A stretch of DNA of 64,000 bases, from NCBI RefSeq assembly GCF_028641065.1, contig NC_073399.1, positions 3,038,001 to 3,102,000 on the forward strand, in the 5' to 3' direction. Shown in pieces: positions 1 to 12,024 of the stretch (positions are counted from its first letter, which is position 1; every line of letters starts with the position of its first letter). The stretch is from Leucoraja erinacea. Lineage: Eukaryota. The notes beneath the pieces were generated by a model. That model did not search any database. It was not told the DNA's origin and saw only the letters and a list, made by a program, of their open reading frames with translations. The translations under genes were made by a program, and so were the position numbers.

Positions 1-117
1 AACAGTTTCAAGGTGGAAGGGAAGGGGCCAGGCTATGGAGCTTGTGAGTTGCTTTAACAAAGTGCTGGTATGGGTGTTATGTTCCTAATGACCTTCTTCA
101 ATGCTTAGCAATTTTAA

Positions 118-295
118 TTTACTTTAGAGATACAGCGTGGAAACAGACCCATTTATTTTACCAAACCAATTAACCTACAAACCTGCACGTCTTTGGCAAG
201 TGGAGGAAACTGGAGCACCCGGGGAAGACCCACGCGGTCACGGGGAGAATGTACAAACTCTATGTAGACAGCGCCTGTTGTCAAGATCGAACCTG
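118..295 (-). mobile_element. HE1-like V-SINE fragment
   Basis: Reverse complement of the V-SINE core (gtttgtacattctccccgtgacc...ggtgctccagtttcctcc) and of the CR1-shared tail (tttccacgctgtatctctaaagtaaa). Confidence 0.85.
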
Positions 296-700
296 CGTGA
301 CGGGAGAAGAGGCGTTGAGGTCCCAGTTGCTGTGAGTCCTCAGCGAGGTGGTGCAAAGGATGTTTGGCGTCCGATGGGACCTTGCCGCGGTCTCCGGTAT
401 GAAAGTCGCCAATTCGGGAACTCCAAGCATTCCAATCTGTCCCGAAATCGGAGTTTTGATCATCCCGACAAGAGGGCGTGTACATCAGGCCGTCCGTAGC
501 GGTGAATACGGAGGGTTCATGGCCCCGACCACGGATGAACAAAGGAGGAAGATTGACTGAACGTTATTGCCTTCCATCACAGTGAAGAATGTTGATTCCA
601 CTGTGGTGGATGTTTATGTTAAATTCTTTTTGTGTTCTTTTTGATTGTATGGCTGCATGGTAATTCAACTTGAACTTGAATATTGGACTTGAACTTGAAC
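296..700 (+). mobile_element. GC-rich non-autonomous retroelement 3' part (twin-hairpin tail family)
   Basis: Hairpin tccatcacagtg...cactgtggtgga, then gatgtttatg...tgtatggctgca and an (AACTTG)n tail; same layout as 29428-30261, 42506-42666 and 54555-55129. Confidence 0.6.
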
Positions 701-1072
701 ATGGAGCGCAGGAGGATGAGGGGAGATCTTATAGAGGTGCATAAAATCATGAGAGGAATAGATCGGGTGGATGCACAGAGTCCCTTGCCCAGAGTGGGGG
801 AATCTAGGACCAGAGGAGATATGTTCTAGGTGAAGGAGAAAAGATTTAATAGGAATCTGTGGGTGTATGGAACGAGCTGCCAGAGGAGGTGGTTGAGGCT
901 GGGACTACCCCAACGTTTAAGAAACAGACAAGCACATGGATAGGACAGGTTTGGAGGGATATGGACCAAGCCCAGGCAAGTGGGACTAGTGTAGCTGGGA
1001 CATGTTGGTCGGTGTGGGCAAGTTGGGCCGAATGGCCTGTTTCCACACTGTATCACTCTATGACTATGACTC
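701..1072 (+). mobile_element. CR1 LINE 3' fragment (older subfamily)
   Basis: Encodes ERRRMRGDLIEV and VWNELPEEVVEAGT, typical CR1 ORF2 C-terminus; tail gggccgaatggcctgtttcc...ctctatgactatgact. Confidence 0.9.
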
Positions 1073-1905
1073 TAGTAGTACATATAGATGAGAAAGATAA
1101 ATGATAGAAAATATCAAGTACAATCTGCAGTAATATGGGGAATATTTACTTCTGCCCTTTCCTTCCCTTTTCTGCAGTAATTGCTTCAATTTTTCATTTT
1201 GAGTCATGTGCTGAAACCGATTTGTATCAAATAGTAGAATCAGGTTTCTGCACTCTTAGTGCTGGGGCATGTGTTATTGGCGTGCATAACTGTGTCAGTG
1301 CGCCATTCAGCAGTACTTGTGCCTGCCTTCAGTCGGTAGCTGCAGAACAAACTCTTCCAATCTGTCCAATGGAGGGCTTCCAAAAGAGTGTGCTGTGCCA
1401 TCATTCGAACTATTTCTGCCATATTGACCGCTGAGCCTTTAAACCCGTTGACTTGTTTTACTTTTGGTTTTAACTATTTATTTAATTGATTCCGTGTCAG
1501 GCCTGGAGCAGGGAGTGCAGCAATTATTACAAGAACAAGGAAAGCCTTTTCCAATCAGTGCAATGTTACCAGATACACTGCAGTGAGCTCGCTCAACCTT
1601 GATGTGGCAGCAGCCACAGATGGGTCCAATTTATATGTCTCGGCTTGTGTGGGTCGCAGGCAGCAAAAGGTGAGGGCAGTTCAGGTGCTTTCAATTTTAT
1701 GTTTCTAATAAAAGGAAAGTGTGATTTTCAGAAATAAATACCATATTCCCTAATCTTGTTAATTCAATGCCATGATGCACTTGGAGGAAGTCTGGCAGAC
1801 TGTCAGCTGCTGACCTTTTTGCATTGTAAATTTGCTTCACCCCACAGCCCAGCTCCCATCGCCACCATTCATTCCTTGCCATGGATACTATGAGGCAATT
1901 CCACA

Positions 1906-2187
1906 AGCACGGTGGTGCAGCAGTAGAGCTGCTGCCTGTCAGTGCCAAAGACCCGGGTTTGATCCGAACCTCTGCACGGAGTTTGAACGTTCTCCCCGTT
2001 ATCGCCTGGGTTTTCTCCGGGTGCTCCGGTTTCCTCCCACACTCCAAAGACATCCACGTTTGTAGGTTAATTGGCTTCGGTAAAATTGTAATTCGTTCCT
2101 AGTCTGTAGGATAGTGCTCGTGTACGGGGGATCGCTGTTCCGTGACGAAGGGCCTGTTTCCGCGCTGTATCTCTAAACTAAACTAAA
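1906..2187 (+). mobile_element. HE1-like V-SINE, near full length
   Basis: tRNA-derived head with A-box-like tggtgcagcag and B-box-like ggtttgatcc, V core, CR1-shared tail ending (ctaaa)n. Confidence 0.92.
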
Positions 2188-2420
2188 CACGTTTTCCCTG
2201 TGACCATGTGAGTTTCCTCCGGGCGCTCCGGTTTCTTCCCGCATCCCAGAAACGTGCGCCTTTGTTGGTTAATGGGCCTCTGTAAAAGCACCCCAATGTG
2301 TAGGATGTGGAGTGGGTGCAAAAGTGGGGTAACATAGAACTAGTATGAATGGGTGACCAAAGATCGGCATTGACTTGGTGGGCCGAAGGGCCTGTTTCCA
2401 TGCTGTATCTCTAAACTAAA
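2188..2420 (+). mobile_element. HE1-like V-SINE, 5'-truncated older copy
   Basis: V core and gggccgaagggcctgtttccatgctgtatctctaaactaaa tail, directly after the previous copy. Confidence 0.85.
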
Positions 2421-2763
2421 TAACATAGACTGCTCTCTTCAGTCTTAAGTCAGCGTAGGTACTTCATGGTGACTGCAACTGGTGAATATTTGAGGGTAAT
2501 TCAAGCAGGGCAGGGGAGTTTCATGGCTGTGCTATCTTTCATCACTGTCTGACACCTGCCTTTACTGACGTCTTTGAAAGTATGGGTGCTAGATGCTAAA
2601 CTGAGATTAGATGGAAGTTTAATCTTGTGTCTTTGGGTGAGGATCTAAAGCCCTACATCAGAGACTTGGGCACATAACCAGGTCTGATGGTTCAGTTCTG
2701 TACCACGTGAGTGCTAATAGTAGGTGTACACAACCACAGATGGTTCCAATAAATGGCATAACT

Positions 2764-3008
2764 TGTTGGAGAACTCAGTGCTTCTGGCAGCATCCCAAAT
2801 TCTGGAGAATGTGGATTAATGACGTTTGAGGTCTGGACCCTACTTCAGATTCCAATGTCACAAAATGGTCCAGTCTGAACAAGGATCACAAGCAGAAACG
2901 TCACCTGTCCATGTTTTCCAGAGATGCTGCTTGACCGGCTGAATTACTCCAGCATTTTGTGTCTTTTAAAAAAAAAGTAAACTAGCATCTGCAGTTCCTT
3001 GTTTCTGC
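2764..3008. mobile_element. Penelope-like fold-back terminal-repeat fragment (degenerate)
   Basis: Antisense arm ggagaactcag...gacgtttgaggtctggaccctacttcaga, then sense arm ctgaacaagg...gaaacgtcacc...agcatctgcagttcc. Confidence 0.7.
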
Positions 3009-3148
3009 ACTGAGATGGTTCCATCTGTCTGTTCAAGCATAAGTAATAGACCCCAACCAATGCTTAGTGACGTCTGAAGCATTGTACAGATATCTTGGCC
3101 GACCTTTGTGCTTCAACTACATCACCAAAACAAAATCATTGTTGACCT

Positions 3149-3428
3149 GGGGCAGCACGGTGGTGCAGTGGTAGAGTTGCTGCCTTACAGAGCTCGCAGC
3201 ACCGGAGACCTGGCTTCAATCCCGACTATGGGTGCTGTCTGTACGGAGTTTGTACGTTCTCCCTGCGACCACGTGGGGTTTCTCCGAGATCTTTGGTTTC
3301 CTCCCACACTCCAAAGACGTACAGGTTTGTAGATTAATTGGCTTGGTATACGTGTAAATTGTCCCTAGTGTGTGTGTAGGATAGTGTTTCCACCCTGTAT
3401 CTCTGAACTAAACTAAACTAAACTAAAA
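3149..3428 (+). mobile_element. HE1-like V-SINE
   Basis: Head ggggcagcacggtggtgcagtggtagagttgctgccttacag, V core, (ctaaa)n tail. Confidence 0.92.
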
Positions 3429-3532
3429 CTCACTAAAGCCTATACACTAGAGAACTTAATTTGGGAAAGAGCTCAGTACATGCTAGTCTTTGTAAGAAAA
3501 ATCTAAATGTTTTATTTTACTAGAATTTCACG

Positions 3533-4110
3533 TCGTGGCTCAGCTGGTTGAGTTGTTACTTCACAGCGCCAGAGACCCGGGCGGGATCAATCCTGACCTG
3601 GAGTTTGCACATTCTCCCTGTGACCATGTGGGATTCCTCCGAGTGCTCCAGTTTCCTCCCACATCCCAAAGACATGGAAACATAGAAAATAGGTGCAGGA
3701 GTAGGCTATTCGGCCCTTCGAGCCTGCACCGCCATTCAATATGATCATGGCTGATCATCCGACTCAGTATCCTGAACCTGCCTTCTCTCCATACCCCCTG
3801 ATCCCTTTAGCCACAAGGGCCACATCTAACTCCCTCTTAAATATAGCCAATGAACTGTGGCCACAACTACCTTCTGTGGCAGAGAATTCCAGAGATTCAC
3901 CACTCTCCGTGTGAAAAATGTTTTTCTCATCTCGGTCCTAAAAGATTTCCCCCTTATCCTTAAACTGTGATCCCTTGTCCTGGTTTCTAGGTTAATTGGA
4001 CCCTGTAAAATGCCCCTTGTGTTTACATAGCGGATATGAAACGTAGAACAGGTGATGGTTGGTATGGTGGGCGTGGGCCAAAGGAACAGGTTCCAAGCTA
4101 AATCATTCAA
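3533..4110 (+). mobile_element. HE1-like V-SINE interrupted by a CR1
   Basis: SINE runs to acatcccaaagacatg (~3676) and resumes at gtttctaggttaattgg (~3984). Confidence 0.8.
3677..3983 (-). mobile_element. Young CR1 LINE 3' end nested in a SINE
   Basis: Minus frame gives HSLRIRGKSFRTEMRKTFFTRRVVNLWNSLPQKVV; reverse complement of the (TTTCTATG)n tail. Confidence 0.95.
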
Positions 4111-4881
4111 TCAATGCCAAGAGTACATCACAAAATGACACGGCATGGAGCGCTGGTGACAGAGGGGCGAGCCTGGGGATGGAAAGTCATGACGCACCTT
4201 TGAGGAGGTTGCAGGACCTACTGCATGTTTCCACCAATCTCGGCTTTTATTTTTGAAGCAGGAGTTGAAAGGATTAGAAAGAATGTTCCCAAGTGTGAGA
4301 GCAAGACTGGGTGAACCCCCCCCCCCCCAGCTGAAGGTGAAGCATGCAGGGGGGGTGTGGGGAGGGGTTGTAACCAAGGTCATACTCAGCTTATTACAAC
4401 AGACCTGCTGGAATGCAGGATCAAAGAAGATTGCTGGGCAGAATTTTTATTTTATTTTCTGCAGTAACATAGGGCAGTGGAATATTGAGTGCCTTTGCAG
4501 TATAATCCATAATAAGCCGACTTCATGCTCTCTCCCTCTGTAGCCACTTTTATGTTCATTGTGTGTAGCTACTGGGTTTCAGCTTTCATAGGAAAACAAT
4601 CTAAATTACAAATGCCAACGCACAACAAAACCCCCAAAATCCAGTGTAATAAAAAAGGTTTTAATGTATTAAACTGCCTTGAAGCAGTGGCTTTGCTCAG
4701 ACCTTCATAACTTGTATTTTAAGCTTATGTAAACTTGAACGTTAGTATGTCTGAAGAAGTGCAGGTTTGAGATTGTGGCTGGCAGCTACAGTCCTGTCCA
4801 CTACCACAGGGATGTTTCAATTCTTTGAAATTCCGCATTTGAAGATATAAGTTTGAAGTATCCAACAATATACATTAAAGA

Positions 4882-5002
4882 TGTGTAGGAAAGAACTGCA
4901 GATGCTGCAGTATACTGAAGATAGACACAACATGCTGGAGTAACTGAGCAGGTCAGGCAGCATCACTGGAGAGAAGGAATATGTGACCTTTTGGGTCGGG
5001 AC
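4882..5002 (-). mobile_element. Penelope-like terminal-repeat fragment
   Basis: tgtgtaggaaagaactgcagatgctg...gacacaacatgctggagtaactgagcaggtcaggcagcatc, the antisense arm of the family. Confidence 0.75.
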
Positions 5003-6020
5003 TCAAGTCAAGAGTATTTTATTGTCATATGTTCCTGATGGGACAATGAAATTCTTACTTGTTGCAGCACAACAGAACATGTAATGTGTATACACATTCA
5101 GACATACTCAATAAATAAACAAATATAGTGCAATAGTAATGATAGGCATGCAGGTGCAGCAGGCAGTAAAGAAAGCGAATGGTAGGTTAGCTTTCATTGC
5201 AAAAGGATTTGAGTATAGGAGCAGAGAGGTTCTACTGCAGTTGTACAGGGTCTTGGTGAGACCACACCTGGAGTATTGCGTACAGTTTTGGTCTCCAAAT
5301 CTGAGGAAGGACATTATTGCCATAGAGGGTGTGCAGAGAGGTTCACCAACTGAGGGATGTCGACTGTCTTTGGGCCGAAGACTTGGTTTATACTCTCTAG
5401 AATTTCAGATTGGGATCTTATAGAAACTTACAAAATTCTTAAGGGTTGGACAGGCTAGATGCCGAAATTGTCCCGCCTATTTCCTTCGACAAGGGGTCAC
5501 ATAAGATAAAGGGGAAATCCTTTAAAACCTGCTGCACTTTTTTCCGCAGAGAGTGGTGATCTCTGGAACTCTCTCCAGCCATTTTGTGTATTTAAGAGGG
5601 AGTTACATGTGGCCCTTGTGGCTAAGGGGATCAGGGGGTATGGAGAGAAGGCAGGTACGGGATACTGAGTTGGATGATCAGCCAATCATATTGAATGGCG
5701 GTGCAGGCTCGAAGGGCCGAATGGCCTACTCCTGCACCTAATTTCTATGTTTCTATGTTTCTATAATAGTTTGTTACAGTTCAGAGCTTATTTGCCGCCG
5801 TATTTAATAGCCTGATGGCTGTAGGAAAGAAGCTGTTCCTGAACCTGGACGTGACATTTTTCAGGCTCCTGTAGCTTCTTCCTGATGGCAACGATGAAAT
5901 GAGTGCGAGGCCAGGATGGTGTAAGTCTTTGATGATGTCTGACCATTTTTGAGGCAGCGACTTCGATAGATCCCTTCGATGGTGGGGAGGTCAGAGCCGG
6001 CAATGGACTGGGCAGTGGAC
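5003..6020 (-). mobile_element. Rex1/Babar-like LINE 3' fragment, split by a CR1
   Basis: Colinear with the uninterrupted copy at 27733-28155 (tttattgtcatatg...atcccttcgatggtgg). Confidence 0.75.
5140..5763 (+). mobile_element. Young CR1 LINE 3' fragment (ORF2 C-terminus)
   Basis: [49 protein letters not shown]; (TTTCTATG)n tail; indel-rich middle. Confidence 0.95.
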
Positions 6021-6359
6021 ACCCTTCTTCAGATAAAGAAGATGCCAATGGTGATTCTGAGCTAGCGAATTGTGGAGTAAGGACTTGGTTTTTCTTTTGC
6101 ACTAATATTTTGCACTACAAGGATAGGACAGGTTTGGAAGGATATGGACCAAACGGGGGCAGGTGGGACTAGTGTAGCTGGGACATGGTGGGCAAGTTGG
6201 GCCTGTTTCCACACTGTATCACTCTAGTGGGGTTATTAATTGATACATTTTTGTTTCTTTATTATAGGTTATCCATGCGTATTGTGTTTACCGGCCTGCT
6301 ATGCTGTTGCAAGTAATACTTTAATTTTTCTGTTGTCAGTACATATGACAATTAAAATC

Positions 6360-6667
6360 CAGAACGAGGGGTCACAGTTTAAGGATAAGGGGGAAATCTT
6401 TTAGGACCGAGATGAGGAAAACATTTTTCACACAGTGAGTGGTGAATCTCTGGAATTCTCTGCCACAGAAGGGTAGTTGAGGCCAGTTCATTGTCTATAT
6501 TTAAGAGGGAGTTAGATGTGGCTCTTGTGGCTAAAGGGATCAGGGGGTATGGAGAGAAGGCAGGTACAGGATACTGAGTTGGATGATCAGCCATGATCAT
6601 ATTGAATGGCGGTGCAGGCTCGAAGGGCCGAATGGCCTACTCCTGCACCCTATTTTCTATGTTTCTA
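6360..6667 (+). mobile_element. Young CR1 LINE 3' end
   Basis: ggtcacagtttaaggataagggggaaatc...gaatggcctactcctgcaccctattttctatgtttcta. Confidence 0.95.
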
Positions 6668-7130
6668 AACACTCTTGGCTGATGAAAGTCTCAGGGCATA
6701 AGAAAAGCTGAAGGGTAAAACATTTTTTTAAATGCATTTACCCTCATTATTAAATCTGTGAGTGGTCCTGCAGCGGCACCACAGCTTCAACACCTGGACT
6801 CTGGAAAACAAACGGACATTTTCACGATAGGAACCAGCAGGCCTGAAGGAACCTGTGGGACCGATCAATTGACTTTGTATCAAAGTGATTATTTTGGTGG
6901 GGGAATAATAAACCTTTTAATTGGGAGATAATTCCTTCCTGCTTTCAAATGGAACCAATTATTTGTGTTTTTGAATTATTGTGCTGCTTAAGTTTATGCC
7001 AGCAGGGAACTATTTTGGCATACTTATCACAAATTATCCATATAAACGTGGAACCTGCAGTGAGGCACTGTGCATGTTATATACATGACTGTGGCAATAC
7101 TTCCTGTGTTTTTAATATAAGCCTGGCCAT

Positions 7131-7568
7131 AGAGAAAGGTTGAATAAGTTAGGTCTTTATTCTTTGGAGCGCAGAAGGTTAAGGGGGGACTTGATAGAGG
7201 TCTTTAAAATGATGAGAGGGATAGACAGAGTTGACGTGGATAAGTTTTTCCCATTGAGAGTAGGGAAGATTCAAACAAGAGGACATGACTTCAGAATTGA
7301 GGGACAGAAGTGTAGGGGTAACATGAGGGGGAACTTCTTTACTCAGAGTGGTAGCTGTGTGGAATGAGCTTCCAGTGGAAGTGGTGGAGGCAGGCAGGTC
7401 TGATTTTATCATTTAAAAATAAATTGGATAGTTATATGGATGGGAAAGGAATGGAGGGTTATGGTCTGAGTGCAGGTAGATGGGACTAGGGGAAAATAAG
7501 TGTTCGGCACGGACTTGTAGGGCCGAGATGGCCTGTTCCTGTGTTGTAATTGTTATATGGTTATATGT
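7131..7568 (+). mobile_element. CR1 LINE 3' fragment (second subfamily)
   Basis: LNKLGLYSLERRRLRGDLIEVFKMMRGIDRV; tail ...gtgttgtaattgttatatggttatatg; close copy at 37431-37862. Confidence 0.95.
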
Positions 7569-7735
7569 CTTTTGTTTATACATGTCAAAGGTGTTGGATT
7601 AGATACCCTGCATCAAATGGCTCAATTTGTCAACAGCATCTATTTCTAGTAATGCAGCAATGTAGAATGAACACAGCATTAAAGGTAGATTTTCCATCCA
7701 TCATGATCTTTGAAAGAACTATCCATTCTATACTA

Positions 7736-7888
7736 GGTACACAAAAATGCTGGAGAAACTCAGCGGGTGCAGCAGCATCTGTGGAGCGAAGGAAATAGGC
7801 AACGTTTCGGGACGAAACGTTGCCTATCTCCTTCGCTCCATAGATGCTGCTGCACCCACTGAGTTTCTCCAGCATTATTGTGTACCTT
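7736..7888. mobile_element. Penelope-like palindromic (fold-back) element
   Basis: ~75-bp near-perfect inverted arms ggtacacaaaaatgctggagaaactc...aacgtttcg / cgaaacgttgcc...cagcattattgtgtacc. Confidence 0.85.
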
Positions 7889-8042
7889 CCTGAAAGGCAG
7901 ATGTTTGCTGAAGCGACACAAAGTGCTGGAGTCACGCAACAGGTCAGGCAGCATCCCTGGGGAACATGGATAGGTGATGATTTGGGTCGAGTCCTTTCTT
8001 CAAGACTAGAAATTGTTGCCAGCATAGAACCTCACTCAACAA

Positions 8043-8333
8043 TGGCAGTACGGTGGCACAGCGCCAGAGACCCAGGTTCGATCCTGACTACAGGCGATGT
8101 CTGTACGGAGTTTGTAAATTCTCCCCGTGACCTGGGTGGCTTTTCTCCGGGAGCTCCGGTTTCCCCCCACATTCCAAAGACACACAGGTACGTAGGTTAA
8201 TTGGCTTGGTAGAATTGCCCTTAGAGTGTGTAGGAAAGCGTTACTGTGCGGGGATCGCTGATCGTTGTGGGCTTGGTGGGCCAAAAGGCCTGTTTCCGCG
8301 CTGTATTTCTAAACTTAAGGAAACTAAACTAAA
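8043..8333 (+). mobile_element. HE1-like V-SINE
   Basis: B box ggttcgatcc, V core and CR1-type tail. Confidence 0.9.
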
Positions 8334-8652
8334 CAGAAGTAACAATTGGGGAATTAGAGGTTAGTGAATTCAACTCCCCTTTGATTGGCTGGTCTTTCAC
8401 TTTTCTTTTTTTTTCTTCTTCACTTTTCACTTTCACTTTTGATGAAGGCTTCTCCGTATTGAGTTTCTGCAGCGATGTTGGTGAAGTTATTTTGTGGACC
8501 ATTAACAGGACAGATTATTCCATGGAGTGGCAATCCGTTACAGAGATTTCCTCCTGCAGGTGATATTTGGAGGGAGCTTGAGGAGCACACTGACTAGACG
8601 ATCTGTGCTGGAACGGGAACACACTTAATTCACCAGCAACATTATTCCTTTA

Positions 8653-8839
8653 AGGGCCTGTCCAACTTAGGCGATTTTTTGGGCGACTACAGGCGACTGC
8701 CACAAAATTTTCAACATGTTGAAAATTTTATCGGCGACAATTTTTGCTGTCGTAGATTGCCGTCAGGTGTCGAAGGTGAATTCCATTAAAACTAGTCCCT
8801 GGCAGACGCCTAAAGAGTCCCCAAAGTGGGACAGGCACA
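8653..8839. mobile_element. PIF/Harbinger-like MITE
   Basis: TIRs agggcctgtccaactt / aagtgggacaggcaca, with TTA on both sides (8650-52, 8840-42). Confidence 0.75.
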
Positions 8840-9842
8840 TTAGGCAGTGATGGAGGTTGAGGAAGTTTGCCTCTGTGTTGGAAGGGCTTATGGAGATTTA
8901 GTATTTGGAGTGGACAATATGCCAAAGGGATATAAATTGAGGAGGGTCTTTAAATCCACCTGCATCGTTCCAGGTGCATTTACCTGCAAAGCACCTTCAA
9001 TTGCAGGGGGGTGAATCTGCGGAAGGCAACAGCCTCGGGGCTTGTGCGGACCAGCTGGCAGGCGTTTTTCACAGGATGAAAACGTAATCCACAGCAGCTC
9101 AAATTAAAACAGAGAAAGCAAGGTGAATGCACTGGTTTTTATAAGGGCCTTTTATTGTGTGTCCCTGCTCAGAGTCACCGGCAAGCTGAGCAAGTGGCGA
9201 AGAGTTTGATTCAGTGCAGTAAGTGGGAGGCTTCTTTTAAGAACAGGGTCAGCAGAGAGGGAATCGGAGCCAAAACGAACTCTGAAATGGACATTGTGCC
9301 CATATTGTGTTCGGGAAAGGAGCAGAATTGCCGTATTACTCATGAAAATGCTCGACTGGCACCACCACCTATAAAGTTGCCCAAGAGGAAGAACAGCTTT
9401 TCTTTAAGCAGAACAACCTAGTGACTGCTTGGTGCAAAGTCAGCGTTTGTGACTGGTGCTGGAGTATTTCACGGTCTGATTGGTGCATTTTGCTTCGGTG
9501 GAGAGCAAATTATAATGCCTGCTGAGTAAACGATTAAAAGCTGCTCCACCACGGGTGTGGTGAGTCAATGTGAAGTCATGCCAATGACAGGGTCATGACA
9601 TGAAGCCAAGTCCCCACTGCCTCAACCACCTTCAATGAACACAGCTAGCCCTTTGCACCTGTTGATTACTGTAAGTTGACATCCCATTATTGCTGGCTGG
9701 ATGACGAGGCTGCATTTAAACTGATCTGGCACCATAGCTCCGTAAAGAAATACTACTGAATCAGGCTTTACTATTTCAGTGTTCAAGAAGGAACTGCTTC
9801 TCTCTCATAGGTGTTAGTAACAAACCTTTATTCTTAAGGATT

Positions 9843-10237
9843 AAGGATCTTATAGAAACTTACAAAATTCTTAAGGGGTTGGACAGGCTAGATGCAGGAA
9901 GATTGTTCCCGATGTTGGGGAAGTCCAGGACAAGGGGTCACAGCTTAAGGATAAGGGGGAAATCCTTTAAAACCGAGATGAGGAGAACTTTTTTCACACA
10001 GAGAGTGGTGAATCTCTGGAACTCTCTGCCACAGAGGGTAGTTGAGGCCAGTTCATTGGCTATATTTAAGAGGGAGTTAGATGTGGCCCTTGTGGCCAAG
10101 GGGATCAGAGGGTATGGAGAGAAGGCAGGTACGGGATACTGAGTTGGATGATCAGCCATGATCATATTGAATGGCGGTGCAGGCTCGAAGGGCCGAATGG
10201 CCTACTCCTGCACCTAATTTCTATGTTTCTATGTTTC
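9843..10237 (+). mobile_element. Young CR1 LINE 3' end
   Basis: DRLDAGRLFPMLGKSRTRGHSLRIRGKSFKTEMRRTFFTQRVVNLWNSLP; (TTTCTATG)n tail. Confidence 0.95.
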
Positions 10238-10290
10238 CCAGTGTTTAGTGGAGTGACCTCTCCAGTATTGGACAAACAGAGCAACTAAGC

Positions 10291-10479
10291 TGTTCAAGAA
10301 GGAACTGCAGATGCTGGAAAATCGAAGGTACACAAAAATGCTGGAGAAACTCAGCGGGTGCAGCAGCATCTATGGAGCGAAGGAAATAGGCAACGTTTCG
10401 GCACGAAACGTTGCCTATTTCCTTCGCTCCATAGATGCTGCTGCGCCCGCTGAGTTTCTCCAGCATTTTTGTGTACCTT
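10291..10479. mobile_element. Penelope-like palindromic element
   Basis: Inverted arms centred on caacgtttcg-gca-cgaaacgttg. Confidence 0.85.
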
Positions 10480-10530
10480 TTTATTATTTCAGTGTCAGGA
10501 TCAAATGCCTGACAAAAGTTTTGACCAACT

Positions 10531-10735
10531 GGACGGCAAGATGGTGCAGCGGTAGAGTTGCTGCCTTACTGAGCCCAGGACCCGGGTTCGATCCTGACTA
10601 CGGGTTCTTCCCGTGAGTGTGGGTTTTCCCCAGGTGCCCCGATTTCCTCCCACACTGCAAAGACGTGCAGGTTTGTAGGTTAATTTGTCTTCGGTAAAAA
10701 AAATTGTAAATTATCTCCAGTGCGTAGTCTCTAGT
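10531..10735 (+). mobile_element. HE1-like V-SINE (internally deleted)
   Basis: Head with B box ggttcgatcc and partial V core. Confidence 0.85.
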
Positions 10736-10739
10736 CTCT

Positions 10740-11824
10740 ACCATCAGCAGTTGTATCATCAATGCAGATAAGTGAGCCAGTACCTTCAGCAGCCATACAT
10801 GCCCAGGCCATAACACCCCCACCACTGTGTTTCACAGATGAGGTGGTATGCTTAGGATCTTGGGCAATTCCTTCTCTCCGCCGACTTTGGTCTTGCCATC
10901 ACTCTGATATAAGTTAATCTTCGCCTCATCTGTCCAAAAGACCTTTTTTCCAGAACTGTGGTTGCTCTTTTAAGTACTTCTTGGCAAACTGTAACCTGGC
11001 CATCCTATTTTTGTAGCTAACCAGTGGTTTGCATCCTGCAGTGTGGCCTCTGTGTTTTTGTTCATGAAGTCTTCTGCGGACAGTGATCATTGACAAATCC
11101 ACACCTGATTCCTGAAGAGTGTTTCTGTTCTGTCGGACAGGTGTTTGGAGATTTTTCTTTATTATAGAGAGAATTCTTCTGTTATCAGCTGTGGAGGTCA
11201 TCCTAGGCCTGCCAGTCCCTTTGTGATTAGTAAGCTCACCAGTGCTCCCTTCTTAATGATGTTCCAAACAGTTGATTTTGGTAAGCCTAAGGTTTGGCTG
11301 ATGTTGAGAATTGGGGAGAATAAGTGTTCGTCACGGACTAGAAGGGCCGAGATGGCCTGTTTCCGTGTTGTAATTGTTATATGGTCTCTAACAGTTTTAT
11401 TCTTGTTTCTCAGTTTCATAATGGTTTCTTTGACTTTCATTGGCACAATTTTGGTCCTCATGTTGATAAACACCAATAAAAGTTTCCAAATGTGATGGAA
11501 AGACTGGAGGAAAGACTGGGTGCTGAGAGCTGTCTGTTACCTGCATTAAGGAGGCATTTAAACACACCTGAGCAATTACAAATGCCTGCAAAGTCATGTG
11601 TCCCAAACATTATGGTGTCCTGAAATTGTGGGACTATCAATAAACACAGCTGTAATTTCTACGTGGCTGAAACCAAAATGTATAAAAATAGCCTTGAATA
11701 AAATCTGACAATGTGCACTTTAACCACATGTGATTTTTTTTCTATTACAAATCCACAAATTGTGGAGTAAAGAGGCAAATAAATAAATGATGGGTCTTTG
11801 TCCCAAACATTATGGAGGGCACAG
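10740..11824 (-). mobile_element. Tc1-family DNA transposon, 5' half, with frameshifted transposase and IR/DR end
   Basis: Minus frames give ISQTLGLPKSTVWNIIKK, TVRRRLHEQ...KPLVSYKNRMARLQFAKKY and KINLYQSDG...VKHSGGGVMAWACMAAEGTG. DR gtcccaaacattatgg at 11600-11615 and 11800-11815; TA at 11825-26. Confidence 0.92.
11305..11384 (+). mobile_element. CR1 3'-tail mini-insertion inside the Tc1 transposase
   Basis: ggggagaataagtgttcgtcacggactagaagggccgagatggcctgtttccgtgttgtaattgttatatg matches the tail of 7131-7568. Confidence 0.85.
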
Positions 11825-12024
11825 TAATGTGAAGCATTTATTCACACCCAACTGAATACATCACGCGACCTGCATGAAACCTCGTCAGCGGAGGACCTTA
11901 AAGTGGAAAGATCAGTTTGTCTGAACAATGGAGAAGAGATTCTAACTTATTTTACAAATAGACTTGCATAATCAGCGTTATGAACCAAGGCACAGAAATG
12001 TTTCCATTATTCCTTGACTAACAC

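Noticed and set aside
8400-8565. Polypyrimidine tract, AG and later GT as a possible host exon
   Set aside because: The tract is ~30 nt from the AG, the donor (gtgata) is weak, and the peptide is unrecognisable; it cannot be supported without RNA data.
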